A stretch of 64,000 nucleotides of DNA from Malacoraja senta (Eukaryota). The translations under genes and the position numbers were made by a program. The stretch covers positions 61,070,001 through 61,134,000 of the forward strand of contig CM075979.1 in NCBI GenBank assembly GCA_038087875.1. The letters are read 5' to 3'. The notes under the pieces were generated by a model. It was not told the DNA's origin. It was given only the letters and a program-made list of their open reading frames with translations, and ran no database searches. Of the stretch, positions 1 through 13,412 are shown piece by piece. Each line of letters starts with the position of its first letter. The stretch's first letter is position 1.

Positions 1-487
1 AGATAGATCAGCCATGATTGAATGACGAAGTAGGCTCAATGGACTGAATGGCCGTATTCTCCTATGACTTATGAACCTATGAACGTACTGTAGGAAGGAA
101 CTGCAGATGCCGGTTTACACTAAAGATAGACACAAAATGGTCCAGAAATGCTTCCTGACCCATTGAGTTACTCCAGCATTTTGTATCTATCTTCCATGAA
201 CATGGGTGTCAGGCCTGCAGCATCTGGCGTGGGAACACCTGCAAAAGCTGTCAATGACAGAAGAGTCTAAAACTAGGAGGAAGTCTAACAAATAAAAGAG
301 TGTTAAATGTCCTCCTATAGCACAATTGGCCCAAAGATCTTCACAACATTTGACAATGTAACATTCCAGTAGTAGAAAATAATAAAGATTGCAATGTAAC
401 CAATGGAATATGGCCAGGGTGGCAGGTATCCTTGACAAAACTCCATCCTTCCTCATGCAATGCACTGTGAAGATCAACTGAAGATTG

Positions 488-1462
488 GGGTGGCACAGTG
501 GCCCAGCGGTAGAGTTGCTGCCCTACAGCGCCAGAGACCCAGGTTCGATCCTGACCACTGGTGCTGTCTGTACAGAGTTTGTACAGTCTCCCTGTGACCA
601 TGTGCATTTTTAGTTTTTAATGGGCCTGTCCCACTTAGGCGATTTTTTAGGCGACTGCCGGCGACTACAACAATGGAATTCACCGAAGTCAGCACCAGCA
701 ACAACCTACGTAACCCTGGCGACAACCTACGACAACACCTACGTCAGGAGAAGACAAGCTACCACAAGCCCACAGTCGCCGAAAAGTTTTGAACATTTCA
801 AAATCCAGCGGCGACCAGCAAAACGCTATGACCTTGGGCGACTGAGGAGACTACTCACGACCATACAGGCGACATCCTGGCGACCGTGTGGCGACAGCCT
901 AGTCGTTGGCAGTCGCCTACAAAATCACCTAAATGGGACAGGCCCTTTAGTTTTAGAGATACAGCATGGAAACAGACCCTTCGGCCCACCGAGTCCGCAC
1001 CGACCAGCGATCTCACACGCAAATACTATCCTACACACACTAAGGACAACTTTTTACATTTATACTAAGCCAACTAACCTACAAACCTGCACATCTTTGG
1101 AGTATGGGAGAAAACTAAAGATCTCTGATAAAGCCCACGCGGTCATGGGGAGAACGTACAATCTCCGTACAGACAGCACCCATAGCTGGGATCGAACCAA
1201 GGTCTCTGGCACTGCAAGCGCTGTAAGGCAGCAACTCTATCGCTGCGCCACGGTGCTGCCCAAGTGCTGCTCTGGGTACTCTGGTTTCTTCCCACACTCC
1301 AAAGACATACAAGTTTGTAGTTTAATTGGCTTCAGTAAAATTGTAAATCGGCCCTAGTGCATAGGATCGTGCTAGTGTACGGGGTGATCAGCGGTCGGCC
1401 TGGACTCGGTGGGCCGAAGGGCCTGTTTTCGCGCGGTATCTCTAAAGTTTAAAGTCTAAAGA
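488..1462. mobile_element. Nested HE1-like V-SINEs (plus copy 488-608 and 1268-1462, split by a minus copy about 609-1262)
   Basis: tRNA-like A box (tggcccagcggta) and B box (ggttcgatcc), V-domain (tttcttcccacactccaaagac) and CR1-like tail (gggccgaagggcctgttt...tctaaa). Confidence 0.85.
621..946. mobile_element. MITE (PIF/Harbinger-like, non-autonomous)
   Basis: Imperfect TIRs of about 45 bp (gggcctgtcccacttaggcgatttttt.. / ..aaaatcacctaaatgggacaggccc), TAA/TTA flanks, internal GGCGAC repeats, no coding capacity. Confidence 0.8.
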
Positions 1463-1768
1463 CTGGATGGAAGTGTGACAATGGACTGAACAGTGTTCCC
1501 CACTCTGCAGGCAGTCAAGAGCAAAGCCTTTCTTTGCCCTCAATTAGTAATTATTTGCATTAACGAGCTGGAAGAGGGGCCAAAATGTAAGTTTGTCAAT
1601 ATTAGGTAAAACCTATGGAAGAGCTAGTTGCATTAAAATTATTGTGCGGCTGGCAATTGATGTGAGTAGATTGAGAGTGTGAGCAAAAATTTGGCAAATA
1701 GAGTTTAATGCGGATTAAGAAAATTAAGAAAGACTGCAAATGACTGAGAGGCTGCACAGACAGATCTA

Positions 1769-1914
1769 AGGTAGTCAAAAATGCTGGAGATCCTTCTGGT
1801 CTCGACACAAAACGTTACCTATTCCTTCGCTCCATGGATGCTGCCTCACCTGCTGAGTTTCTTCAGCATTTTTGTCTACCTTCGATTTTTCCAGCATCTG
1901 CAGTTCTTTCATAT
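1769..1914 (+). mobile_element. Short Penelope-derived unit with 13-bp TSD
   Basis: acagacagatcta at 1756-1768 and 1915-1927 flanks a short inverted piece plus the terminal-repeat tail. Confidence 0.8.
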
Positions 1915-1974
1915 ACAGACAGATCTAGATGTTTTTATGCATGATTCATTCATTGTTAGCAGGGAGGTGATTCA

Positions 1975-2965
1975 GACTCAGACTTATTGTCATTTACACC
2001 TGGATGCAATGAACTTCTTATAGTTTGCATGAAACTTTAAGTAAGCTATACATACAGTAATGATAAATACAACAATAGATGCAATGAAGAGTGCAAAACA
2101 GCAGAATGGTGCAAGTTTGGAGTGCCATGTGAAGTAATGCAAAAACAAATACTGAATAACGGAATGACGTAAGAGGACATGCCACACCTCTGTGACGGGA
2201 GTGTGAAAGAGGTGATTGATTCTGGGGTAAGTTTATCAGTAGGGAAGAAACTGTTCTTCAGTCTGGGCATCTGGGTGTTTGGGCTTTCAAGCTCTGCAAT
2301 CTTCTCCCAGGGGGTAGAAGAGAGAAAAATGAATGGCCAGAGTGCCAGGGTGGCCATCCTTGAAGATAGTTCCAGCCTTTCTGCTGCAATGCACAGCAAA
2401 CGTGGACAGGATGGAAGGAATTGATGAGCCTGTGATGGACTGGGCTGTGTTCACCACATTACATATTCAAGGTGTCAAGAGTAGAGCAGTTACCATTGTA
2501 GGCAGACAAAAATGCTGGAGAAACTCAGCGGGTGAGGCAGCAAATATGGAGCAACGGAATAGGCGACGTTTCGGGAAGGGTCTCGAGATTCTCCAACATT
2601 TTTGACTACCTTCGATTTTTCCAGCATCTGCAGTTCTTTCTTAAACAGTTACCATTGTAAGATCAGCTGCATGCAGTCAGAATACTTTCTACGGGCCATC
2701 TCTAAAAGTCGAGCGAATCCCCATGGACATGCCAAATCTTCACAGACTCCTAAGTATTCCAATACACTGATGCACATTCTTGATCACCGCATCAGTGTGA
2801 AGAAACCAGGTCGGCTTGCTGGTTATATGGATGCCAAGAACCTTGAAGCTATTGACCATCTCTACAGCAGCTCTACTGATGAGGACAGATTATGTTCACC
2901 CTCCTCCAAACCCCACTTCCTTTGGTCAACAACCAACTCTTTTATCTTGGTTATGTTCAGAGCTA
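1975..2965 (-). mobile_element. Decayed Rex1/Babar-like LINE fragments
   Basis: RLKNSFFP C-terminal motif and LNITKIKELVVD motif on the minus strand; interrupted by the 2501-2645 unit. Confidence 0.5.
2501..2645. mobile_element. Short Penelope-derived fold-back unit with 14-bp TSD
   Basis: cagttaccattgta at 2487-2500 and 2646-2659. Confidence 0.8.
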
Positions 2966-3937
2966 GGTTATTATTCGGACATGGAGTTAAGAACTCACAT
3001 GGCATATTGTCCTTTACTGCAAAGGGATTACAGTTTACAAATGGAGTAATTTTGTACATGATATACCAGATGTGGGTGAGGCCACAGCTGGAGTATAGCA
3101 CATAGGTTTGGTCCCCTTGCATAAAAAAGGATGTAGTACCACTGGAGGCCGTCAAAGGGTGATGCACTTGGAGAATAAGGTTCCAACTAAACTGAATCTT
3201 CAAATAACCCTTGCATCCCCTTTCTCCCCATCCCTCCCCCACCCTAGTCATCGTACTAGTTTCACTGACGTACTGGTGAGTTTCACTGTCTGCATAACTC
3301 GTTACCACCTCCCCCAGAGCCAACAATGGACCATTGTGGGCTCCACCTTTCCTTGATCATTGTTGCTTTTTGCAAATCTTTCATTCATTTGTTCTGTATC
3401 TCTCTATATCACTATCTATATATCTTGTTTCCCTTTCCCCTGGCTCAGTCTGAAGAAGGGTCTCGACCCGAAACATCACCTATTCCTTTTCTCCAGAGAT
3501 GCTGCCTGACCCACTGAGTTACTCCAGCTTGTGTCTGTCTTGGGTTTAAAGCAGCATCTTCCAACACATCGAATCAATTAAAACTACAGTTTCCAAGCTG
3601 GAAGAATACATCTGTAGATCGGTGTTGGAGCCACACATCCAGCCACAATGTACATTCCGTCTGCCTGGTTTCTGCAATACACCAATGCTTTGAAAACAAT
3701 TCACGCGGTGCTAGGAGACCAATTACATATATTTTTAACAGTAAATTCTGGTAATACTGACAGGCTCTTATTGTAACTGTTCATGTTAAAATTAAATGTT
3801 ATAATAATTCACATAATTAACTACCCTATGACATTATTTAAATGTACTCTTTGTCATTTGTCACTTAATTCGCAACACAAGGAACAACTATATTTTTGCT
3901 GGGGGGGGGGGTTTCCCCCAATGATCAAATTTAGAAA

Positions 3938-4230
3938 TTTTAGTTTAGTTTAGATACAGCGTGGAAACAGGCTCTTTGGCCCACCGTGTCTGAACCGACC
4001 AGCGATCTCTGTGCATTTACACTATGCTACACACACTCGATACAATTTACATTTAGACTAAGCCAATTAACCTACAAACCTTACCCGAGGGGCAACTGAA
4101 GATCTCGGAGAAACCCCACACAGGTCACGGGGAGAACGTACGAACTCCGTACATACAGCACCCGTAGTCAGGATCGAACCCGGGTCTCTGGCGCTGTAAG
4201 GCAGTAGCTCCACCGCTATGCTACCGTGCA
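3938..4230 (-). mobile_element. HE1-like V-SINE
   Basis: Same consensus; (TTTAG)n tail on the plus strand. Confidence 0.8.
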
Positions 4231-4829
4231 ATTTTCTTGTTATCCTTTCTCAATAATGTTTATATTGCACATATAGTATTCATTCATAATATTCACTATA
4301 TACTGTAGTATCCAATTCTTATATGTCTCATTACAATTTGCGTTTATTTTTCATTTTATCTCAAAACTAATAGGACTGTCCCAAATTTGTAATTATCCTA
4401 TTTAACATAGATTGTATTACAAAATACAGCAGTATCAAATTCTTGCAGTATCCGTCGCTCAGTGCAAGGGTCCATTTTCAAGCCAAGAAAAAAGCATCTC
4501 ATCCATAATTCTTTTAACAGATGCACAACTAACGTCCAATTGTCAATCTTGGTCATCTGTCATCTAACAGCTACCATAAATTACATTAGCAGGGGATTCA
4601 CGAGATCCAACTAATCCGACAGATTTCAAAACCTGCAACAATGTTTTGCCTCTATCAAGTAGAAACATGAGTAGAATCATCTTGTACATTTACCAAATAA
4701 CATTATTTTACATTTATTTTCTTCACTAGGATTTTAGATTGCATTAGATATTTGAGGCAAATCCCCACTAACATGCTACTGAAGTACAATCCCTTCATTG
4801 TACTCCAATAACATGTTCGCCACTTAGAT

Positions 4830-5200
4830 TGATTGAAAGAAAGACACAGTGGAAACAGGCCCTTCGGTCCACCGAGGCCATGCTGACCATTGATCATCTC
4901 CTACTGGTTAATCTATTGTTTGTTTATTGTCACGTGTACTGAGGTACAGTGAAAAGCCTTTGTTGCGTGCTATAGTTCTATATTACCCGCTTTTGCATCC
5001 GTATTCACTGGGGGAAATTTACACTGAGGCTGATAAAATCAATGAACTGGCACGTCTTTGAGATGCAGGAGGAAACCGGAGCAGCCACAGGAAACGCAGG
5101 TGATCACAGGGAGAAGGTGCAAATTCCACACAGACAGCACCTGAGGTCAGGATCAAACCCGAGCCTCTGGCACTGTAAGGCAGCGGCTCTACCTGGCTAC
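4830..5200 (-). mobile_element. HE1-like V-SINE (diverged)
   Basis: Same consensus, with an internal insertion. Confidence 0.7.
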
Positions 5201-6819
5201 ATTTACTATTTACTACCAGCATGGTTGCCTATGTAAAAACGGCACAATGGATAGGGAATCCATATTATTAATTGATTTAACTTGGCCAGTTCTATGCTCC
5301 AGCTACGAGTTGAAAATTACCTCCCTTGAGCATTGTCTGATAACAGTCATAATACTGTAAGATGAAGGAGAAGGAAAACACTTTGAAAATTAAGCTGGGC
5401 AATTATAATTGCTGGGAAATTAGTTGTGTTTCAATTTCAATGCCAAACCTTCAACAGAAGTTCAATCGGAACGATGTTAACATGCATAAACAAGGCAATA
5501 AAGTTGTGCCAAGACACTCAAGGAGTAAAGGGTCATGCCATGAGATCCAAGGCTCATGCCAAGAGATCCAGGGTCCTATGGTTATGCCAAGGGATCCAAG
5601 GGTCCAAGAGATAAACCTAGAGATCCAAGCAAAATCCGGCCACTACTCCACACCACTGTACTGACTCTATGAACACAGTGATGGAACCTGTGTAACCACT
5701 CCATTGAACCACAAGCACATGGTTCAATTACACCATCTGTAATGATGGAAATCAGCAATGGTGGAAATCAAAATCTATGTCCACACAATCAGTATTAAAA
5801 CTTAATAAGTGGACACAGAAATGAATTGTACATGTAGAATAAGTAAATAAAAGAATGCAATGACTTAATTCATTTTTTATTCTATTTGTTAAACTAATCT
5901 AATGGAAATCAGACAGTTGATTAGAAAAATCTTTTAAAAAGTAGGCTCAGAGATAATAATGTATAATCAGTTTTCTCAAATTGGGAAACCAGTTAGAGAG
6001 ATCTAGGATGTGTCTCACATTCCTTTATTTTTGCTTTACTCTCAACGACACCAAATCATTAATTTACTTCCTATTTTTATACATTTATACTGTACTGACC
6101 CATGAACATATTAATGGAACCCCGTACCAATTCCTTTGTACCATAAATTTCAAGTCGTTTTGACAGATACATCTGGTAAAAAAAATGGGGAATAATTTAC
6201 AGACATATTCTTTAGGTGGCCAGTGGAATCCATCACTCCCATATTACGGTGCCATTAGTGACAACTTCAATAATATTCCAGTTCAATCATGTAACACAAG
6301 GCCTTTTGGATACATGGAAATTCATGCCTTTTTGAATGCGTTTCCTTTAACCTTTTGTGATGACGACACAAGAATCCCAGCGAGCCGCGTGGGGTGGATG
6401 TCCCCGGTGAGTCGCTGCCATACCCAGACAGCAGGTCCGGCTTTCCCGCCACGGATCTGGGAAGCCGCTGAGCCCGGCCCGTGCTCACCCTGAAGACTAG
6501 GAAGCAGAGGCGAGGTGGGGGGAAGTGGGGGGGACTTGTCTGGGCTTAAACAATAATGAAAGGAATAGATAGAGTGGATGTGTAAGAAGGAACGGCAGAC
6601 GCTGGTTTAAACCGAAGAGAGACACAAAAAACTGGAGTAACTCAGCGGGACAGGCAGCATCTCTGGAGAGAAGACCCTTCTTCAGATTAGTCAGGGGAAA
6701 GGGAAACGAGAGATATAGACAGTGATGTATAGAGAAATAGAACAAATGAATGAAAGATATGCAAGATATTAATGATGATAAAGTAGGCAATTGTTCTGCG
6801 GTCGAGGAAGAAACGGAGG

Positions 6820-7740
6820 GCTTTAAGGCCTTCCTGTTGGGGGATGGAGGAGCAGAGTGACTGAACGTCGTAGTAAAGATGAGGGAGTGGGGGCTCGGAA
6901 AGCAGGTCATAAAAGAGATGAAGGGCATGTGACGTATCTCGGACATAGGTTGGGAGAGATTGGACCAGGGGGGATAGGATGGAGTTGAGGTACGTGGAAA
7001 TCAGTTCCGTGGGACAGGAGCAGGCTGAAACAATGGGTCTGCCAGGGCAGTTGCGTTTGTGGATTTTGGGGGGAAGGTAAAACTGGGTTGTGAAACGATA
7101 AGGTTGGAGGCTGTGGAAGGCAGACAGCCGGAAGTGATTACATCAGTAACAGGGTTTGAGATTAAGGCCTGGTGCTCATCTGTGGGATCATGGCCCAAGA
7201 TTAAGGTGTCTGAGATTTGTCGCCTGGCCTCAGCCCAGTAGAGGTCAGCGCGCCAGACTACCATGGCACCTCTCGTGTCAGCGGGTTTGATTATAATGTC
7301 AGGGTTGCTGCAGAGTGAGCAGAGGGCAGTACGTTCAGAGGGGATGAGGTTAAAGTAGATGAGGGAGTGGAAAAGTTGAGACGGTTGATGTCACGCTGGC
7401 AGTTAGAAATAAAGAGGTCTAAAGAGAGTAGAAGGCTGTTCTGGGGAGTCTAAGAGGAGGGGGTCCGGTGGAGACGGGAGAAGGGTCATCACTGGGTGAT
7501 GAGGACCTTCCCATAGAAAAAGGCACGGAGGTGATGGAAGAAAAGCTCTACGTCGTGGCGGACCCAGAACTCGTTGAGGTGGGGGCGGAGGGGAACGAAG
7601 GTGAGGCCTCTGCTGGGGACAGATCGTTCCGTATCAGAAAGGGGGAGGTCAAGGGGGATGGTGAAGACATGACAAGGGTGGGGGTCAGAGGGGGTGCGGG
7701 GAGTGGACAAAGGCCGAGGAGAGGTCTGGTGGGGGGTGTG
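6820..7740 (-). mobile_element. Decayed Penelope ORF fragment (N-terminal region into the start of RT)
   Basis: Minus-strand peptides VVWRADLYWAEARRQISD...DPTDEHQALIS and FVPLRPHLNEFWVRHDVELFFHHLR; frameshifted. Confidence 0.75.
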
Positions 7741-7860
7741 GAGAGAATATTTCCACTGGTGGGAGAGTCTAGGACCAGAGGTCACAGCCTCAAAATTAAA
7801 GGGCGCTCTTTTAGAAAGGAGGTGAGGAGGAACTTCTTTAGTCAGGGGAGTTAATCTATG

Positions 7861-9153
7861 AAACCTCTTGAAATTTGTGTTATTTGCAGATGACACTAAT
7901 ATTTTCTGTGATGGGGACAATTTGCAGCAGCTTTTGGAGGTGGTCACAGCAGAAATGAGTAAACTAAAAACATGGTTTGATTTGAATAAATTATCATTAC
8001 ATTTAAACAAAACCAAACTTATGCTGTTTGGAAAACGCAAAATAAATACACAAGTAAAAGTAATGATAAATAATGTTGAAATAGAAAGAGTGTATGAAAA
8101 TAAATTTCTGGGTGTGATTCTTGATCACAAAATCTGCTGGAAACCCCATATAAAACATGTGAGAGCAAAAGTAGCACAGAGTGTTGGAGTGATGGGGAAA
8201 GCAAGGCATGTTTTGAATGAGACAGCACTGTATATTCTGTACAGCTCACTTGTGTTACCGTATTTAAATTACTGTGTGGAAGTATGGGGCAACACCTACA
8301 AAACCACCTTACAATCACTAAGCACACTACAAAAAAGAGCTATTCGTATAGTAAACAATGTAGGATATCATGAACACACCAATATACTGTATTTAAAATT
8401 ACACACCTTAAAGATTAAGGATCTGGTAGAATTTAAGACTGCACAAATAATTTATAAAGCAAAAAATAAACTGCTACCTGTAAACATACAAAAACTGTTC
8501 AGAGACAGAGAGGGGGGTTATAACTTTAGAGGGAAACTAAACTTGAAACAGCATTATGCTCGGACCGATTTAAAAAGTATGTGTATTTCCATTTGTGGGG
8601 TGGTTTTGTGGAATGGTCTTGATAAAACGATTAAACAAAGTATGAATATAATGCAATTTAAAAAAATGTACAAAAGATATATTTTTGAAAAGTACAGTAA
8701 TGAGGAAGGAGAATGTAAATCTCACAGATGTTAATGGTGCTTGTTCTTTTTGTTCTTTTCTTTTTTTGTTCTTTTTTCTTAATAGCTTGATTGGAGTAGT
8801 GTTATTTGAATTGTCTGTTTAGTTTATTTTATTGAATTTTGCATTTGTTAATGGTGAAGAATGGGGGTAGGACTTGACAAGCATAGGCTTCTTCCTATCC
8901 CTTTTCAAACGAGTCTAATGTGTATTATGTTGAAATTGGCTTTTGATATTTTAATTTATGTATGTACATATATGTTATGTATATGTGTATGTGTGTATGT
9001 GTATATGTATGTATGTATATATGTATGTGTGTATGTATTTATGTGTATATATATATATGTATATATATAATTTTCCTTTATTTATTATTCATTTTCATCT
9101 TTTCTTTTCTTTTTTTAATCGTTCGTTCGAAATAAAATATATCAAATCAAACT
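7861..9153 (+). mobile_element. 5'-truncated non-LTR retrotransposon (CR1 group; L2/Crack/Daphne-like), open RT C-terminal ORF
   Basis: Uninterrupted 288-aa ORF 7868-8734 (LFADDT, NKLSLHLNKTK, KFLGVILD, PYLNYCVEVWG, LQKRAIR); 3' UTR stem-loop at about 8863-8901; AATAAA and (TCAAA)n tail; splits a CR1 3' end (7738-7860 / 9154-9362). Confidence 0.85.
8957..9069 (+). repeat. Compound (TATG/TG/TA)n microsatellite
   Basis: Low-complexity run inside the 3' UTR of the 7861-9153 LINE. Confidence 0.9.
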
Positions 9154-10094
9154 CACTTGGCACAGAGGGCTGTAGAGGCCAAGTCAGTGGATATTTTTAA
9201 GACAGAGATAGGCAGTTTCTTGATTAGAACGGGTGTCAAGGGTTATGGGGAGAAGACAGGAAAATAGAATTAGGAGGCAGAGATCAGCCATGATTGAATG
9301 GCGGAGTGGACTCGATGGGCCGAATGGCCTAATTCTATTCCTATAAATTGTGAACTTGTGAATAAGTGACAGGAAGAAGAACTGGGAGGGTCTTAGCTTC
9401 TGCTCCCTCATGGTCAGCTGCAGGAGGCACCCCAGGACACGAAGGTTGGAGATGGCTGGGCGAGGAGGATGACGGCTCGTCCAGGATGGAGCTGACGGAT
9501 GCAACAGGCCTTTATGGCCAGCTACAGCTGGGACTGTAAAATGACACCAAAACTAGGCGACTACTGCATATAGACTCAGTGTGCAGGAAGGAACTGCAGA
9601 TGCTGGTTTAAACTGAAGATAGACACAAAATGCTGGAGTAACTCAGCGGGACAGGCAGCATCTCTGGAGAGAAGGAATGGGTGATGTTTCGGGTCGAGAC
9701 CCTTCTTCAGACTGACTCAGACTCAATGGACTGTTTCTATGCATCATCTACTCAACTGGGGTTTGTACTTATCTGTAGCAATAATATTACAGATCTGTAT
9801 GTAAAAAAATCTCACTGACCTTGGTACTCGTGATAATAAAGGAACAATTGAACCGTTGAATCAGACTCTTATTTCATATCCAATTCATATTCAGATATGG
9901 TCATATTGTAACCAGTACAACTACTCATTCACAATAATGCAATAATACAGAACAATGCAGATATCAGCAGTTGCCTATTTGCAGTTGGTAATCATGACCG
10001 ACTAAAATAAAATAGGTTTTAAATATTTTTTCCTCCTGGGTTTGATTGCCAATAGGTTTCACAATGCTTTTGATGATATTAAATCAACTACTTT

Positions 10095-10455
10095 GGGCAT
10101 CACAGTGGTGGAGTTGCTGCCTTACAGAGTCAGAGACCCAGGTTCGATCCTGATGATGGGTGCTGTCTGTACAGAGTTTGTACGTTCCCGCTGTGCCAAA
10201 TGTGGATTTTCTCCGGGTGGTCTCCCACACTCCATAGTTTTCCTCCCACACTCCAAAGACTAACAGGTTTACAGTTAGTTTAGTTTATTGTCACATGTAC
10301 CGAGGTACAGTAAAAGCTTGGCTTTGGTAAAAAATATTGTAAATTGTCCCTAGTGTGTAAGATCGTGTAGGTGTAGGGGATGATCGCTGGTCAATGTGGA
10401 CTCGGTGGGTCTAAGGGCCTGTTTCTGTGCTGTGTCTCTAAAGTCTAAAGTCTAC
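10095..10455 (+). mobile_element. HE1-like V-SINE
   Basis: A/B boxes, V-domain, tail ctctaaagtctaaagtct. Confidence 0.8.
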
Positions 10456-10950
10456 TTTATTTACAATACATAACTTGGGGATTTAGTTTTCAGCTCTGTA
10501 TCTAAGTGAATAATGAAGTGTTTGACTTTTTAGTGATGTCTAACATAGGTAGATATGAAACAGAATGTTCAGCCGTTGTGTCTGGGTCTGTGTTCCAACT
10601 GTGGAAATCTCACAGGAATTGAAAATATTCCTCTTTGCTCCACAAAGTGCAAAGGAACAATTTGGCCCAACACTTATCCCTCAATCAGCACCACTAAACA
10701 CATTATCTGGTCATTATCACTTTGCTGTTTGTGCGAGCTAGCAGTGTGCAAAACTGTCTGCCACTTCACCTGCGTTACAGTGATTACACTATAAAAAAAA
10801 AACACTTGGCAGACTAGTCACAAAGTGCCAGAGTAATTCAGCAGTTCCAGAAGCATCGCTGGAGAACATGGATAGGCGACATTTTAGGTCAGGATCCTTC
10901 TTCAGACTGATTGCAGAAGGGGGGTGAAACACAAGCACCTCTTCTAACCT

Positions 10951-11100
10951 AAGATAGACACAAAAAAGCTGTATGAAGAAGGGTCTCGACCTGAAACGTC
11001 ACCCATTCCTTCTCTCCAGAGATGTTGCCTGTCCCGCTGAATTACTCCACTTTTTGTGTCTATCTTCGGTTTAAACCAGCATCTGCAGTTCCTTCTTACA
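10951..11100 (+). mobile_element. Short Penelope-derived hammerhead unit with 15-bp TSD (one mismatch)
   Basis: cacctcttctaacct (10936-10950) / cacctcttttaacct (11101-11115); degenerate core tgaagaagggtctcgacctgaaacgtc. Confidence 0.75.
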
Positions 11101-11226
11101 CACCTCTTTTAACCTTATCTACTGCATTTGTTGCTACTGATATGGTCAGTAGTACATCGACGAGAGCAAGCGTAGACAAGGCAACTTTCTCCATACACCT
11201 GCATTCGGTTCACCAAGGCCTGTCCT

Positions 11227-11580
11227 GGTTGGTTTGCTCCTGGGTCTGGCCAAGCTGGCAATTCATGGGTCACAGCCAGGCAGAGGAGGGCTCTGCCCGA
11301 GCAGACTGCTTGCCCCTTTTCCAGGGTTATGTCCGTGCTCGGATGCCCCTTGGAAAAGAGCACGCGATGGCCACGGACACCATGGGGATATCCGGGACTG
11401 CTGGGCACCAAAGGGAGTTGACCAAGACCCGGATCAGGATTGCAAAATAATCATTTGATATTTAGTAATAAGAATATTTGGGCATGTTTGTATTATGGTG
11501 GCGGGTGTGTAGTTATTGATTGTTTTGTAAACATAATTATTGTAAATAATTGAATAAATTTAGTTTTGATTATTTTTTAA
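11227..11580 (+). mobile_element. Tx1/L1-clade LINE 3' end fragment
   Basis: LLLGLAKLAIHGS...ADCLPLFQGYVRAR..LGKEHA...RDCWAP, typical of a Tx1 ORF2 C-terminus; AATAAA near 11552. Confidence 0.65.
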
Positions 11581-12694
11581 AGGCCTGTTGAAGCTCCTGA
11601 TTGCAAACCATTTTAATGCCCCTTCCTATTCCCATACTGACCATTCTGTGAGGCCACACACTTACTGGATGAACAGCACCTCATAGTTCACTTGGGTAAC
11701 ATACAGTGTGAACCTTGAATTCTTCAAGGTCAGTTAACTCACCAATTAACACCTGCCCCCTTTCCCCACCCCCTCACATCCTGAGCCCTTATCTTCCTTT
11801 CTCTGTCCATTCCATCTATATTCCTTCCTCCAGCTTCACAATTCATGCCTCCCCTCTCCTTATCTCACTACTTTTTTGTTTTTTCAGCTATGGCCTTCGT
11901 CCAACCATCTGCAAATCGAAGCCCTCCCCCTCACCTGTATCCACCTATCACTTGTCTGGCTTTATCCCACCTTTCTTCCATACTTCCTTCTTCCATCTGC
12001 CATATCTGAAGAAAGGTCCCGGCCCGAAACTTCACCTATCCATGTCCTCCAAAGATGCTGTCTGACACGCTGAGTTAATTCAGCACTCTGTGTCTTTTTT
12101 TTTGTAAACCAGCACCTGCAGTTTCCTGCATCTAATTGATAGACTATGAAGCTCTTTCATGGCACCCTCAAATATATAACAGGCATTTTAATTAAAAAAT
12201 ACCTTTATAACATAATCTTTCTCATATAGGTATCCTAACTCAATTTTGCAATCAACACATTGTTCAGTGAGATTTTATGCATGTCAGAAATCCACAGAAA
12301 CTACCAGGCTAATTAACCTTTTATTAATGAGCATGAATATCAGAGTATGCAGAAGAATATTCATTGCTCATTTCATTTACTTCTCTCAACACAAATTTGG
12401 AAATATGCCACAAATCCAAGGTGTTTTGTCTTCACTAAACCAGCACATTTCTAAGTTGTTAACTAAAACTGTTAACTAAAACTAAAAATGAATAAAAGAC
12501 CATGGATAGGTGACATTTCAGGTCGGAACCCGTCTTGAGTCTGAAGAATCGTCCCGACCCAAATGCACCTTTAGTTTAGTTTAGAGATACAGTGCGGAAA
12601 CAGGCCCTTCGGTCCACCGAGTCTGCAGCGACCAGCGATCCCCAAACATGAACGCTATCCTACACACTGGGGATAATTTTTACTAAGCCAATTC

Positions 12695-13215
12695 TGCATC
12701 CTCTCCCAATTTAGAAAGTTTAGTGCTATGCTTTTATCCCTTCTATCAGAGTGCTTGACCATACACTTTGCTTCGCTGTATTCATTTGCCACTTTTCTGC
12801 CCACTCTCCCAACCTGTCCGAGTCCCTCTGAAGATTCTCTGCATCATCAACACTACCTGCCCATCTACAAACTTAGCCACAAAATCATAAATTCCATCAT
12901 CCAGATCATTAACATATAACGTGAAAAGTAGCGGACCCAACACCAACCCTTGCAGAGCATCACTAGACACCGGCAACTAACCAGAAAAGACCCCTTTATT
13001 CCTTCTCTTTCTCTTCTGCCAGTCAGCCAATCTTCTATCCATGCTGCAGATAGACACAAAGTGCTGGAGTAACTCAGCAGGCCAGGCATCATCTCTGGAG
13101 AAAAATCGGATGGGTGGCATTTCGGGTCGAGACCCTTCTTCAGCTAATACCATGGGCTCCTACCTCATTTAGCAGCCTTACGTGCGACATCTTATCAAAA
13201 GCTTTCTGAAAACCC
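12695..13215 (-). mobile_element. CR1 RT internal fragment interrupted by a hammerhead unit
   Basis: QGLVLGPLLFTLYVNDLDDGI...KFVD and WIEDWLTGR peptides. Confidence 0.7.
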
Positions 13216-13412
13216 AAGATATTGAATGAGAGGCGAATTTTGGCACAAACACAGATGAATCTTAAAAAAAAAATTCAAATGAAATTGGACTACTTTGGAT
13301 AAATTATGGGTTTACAGATTGGAACTTGGAATTTGATGAATGGAGCATGGAATCTTTTCATATTGAATTATACCATATCTACCCAGATTAAATGGATAAT
13401 TATTAGATGTTA

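Noticed and set aside
488-560. tRNA-like A/B boxes, here and in about 20 other places
   Set aside because: These are SINE heads followed by a V-domain and LINE tail; no complete cloverleaf.
620-1357. 245-aa ORF
   Set aside because: Chance read-through of a MITE and SINEs; no protein motifs.
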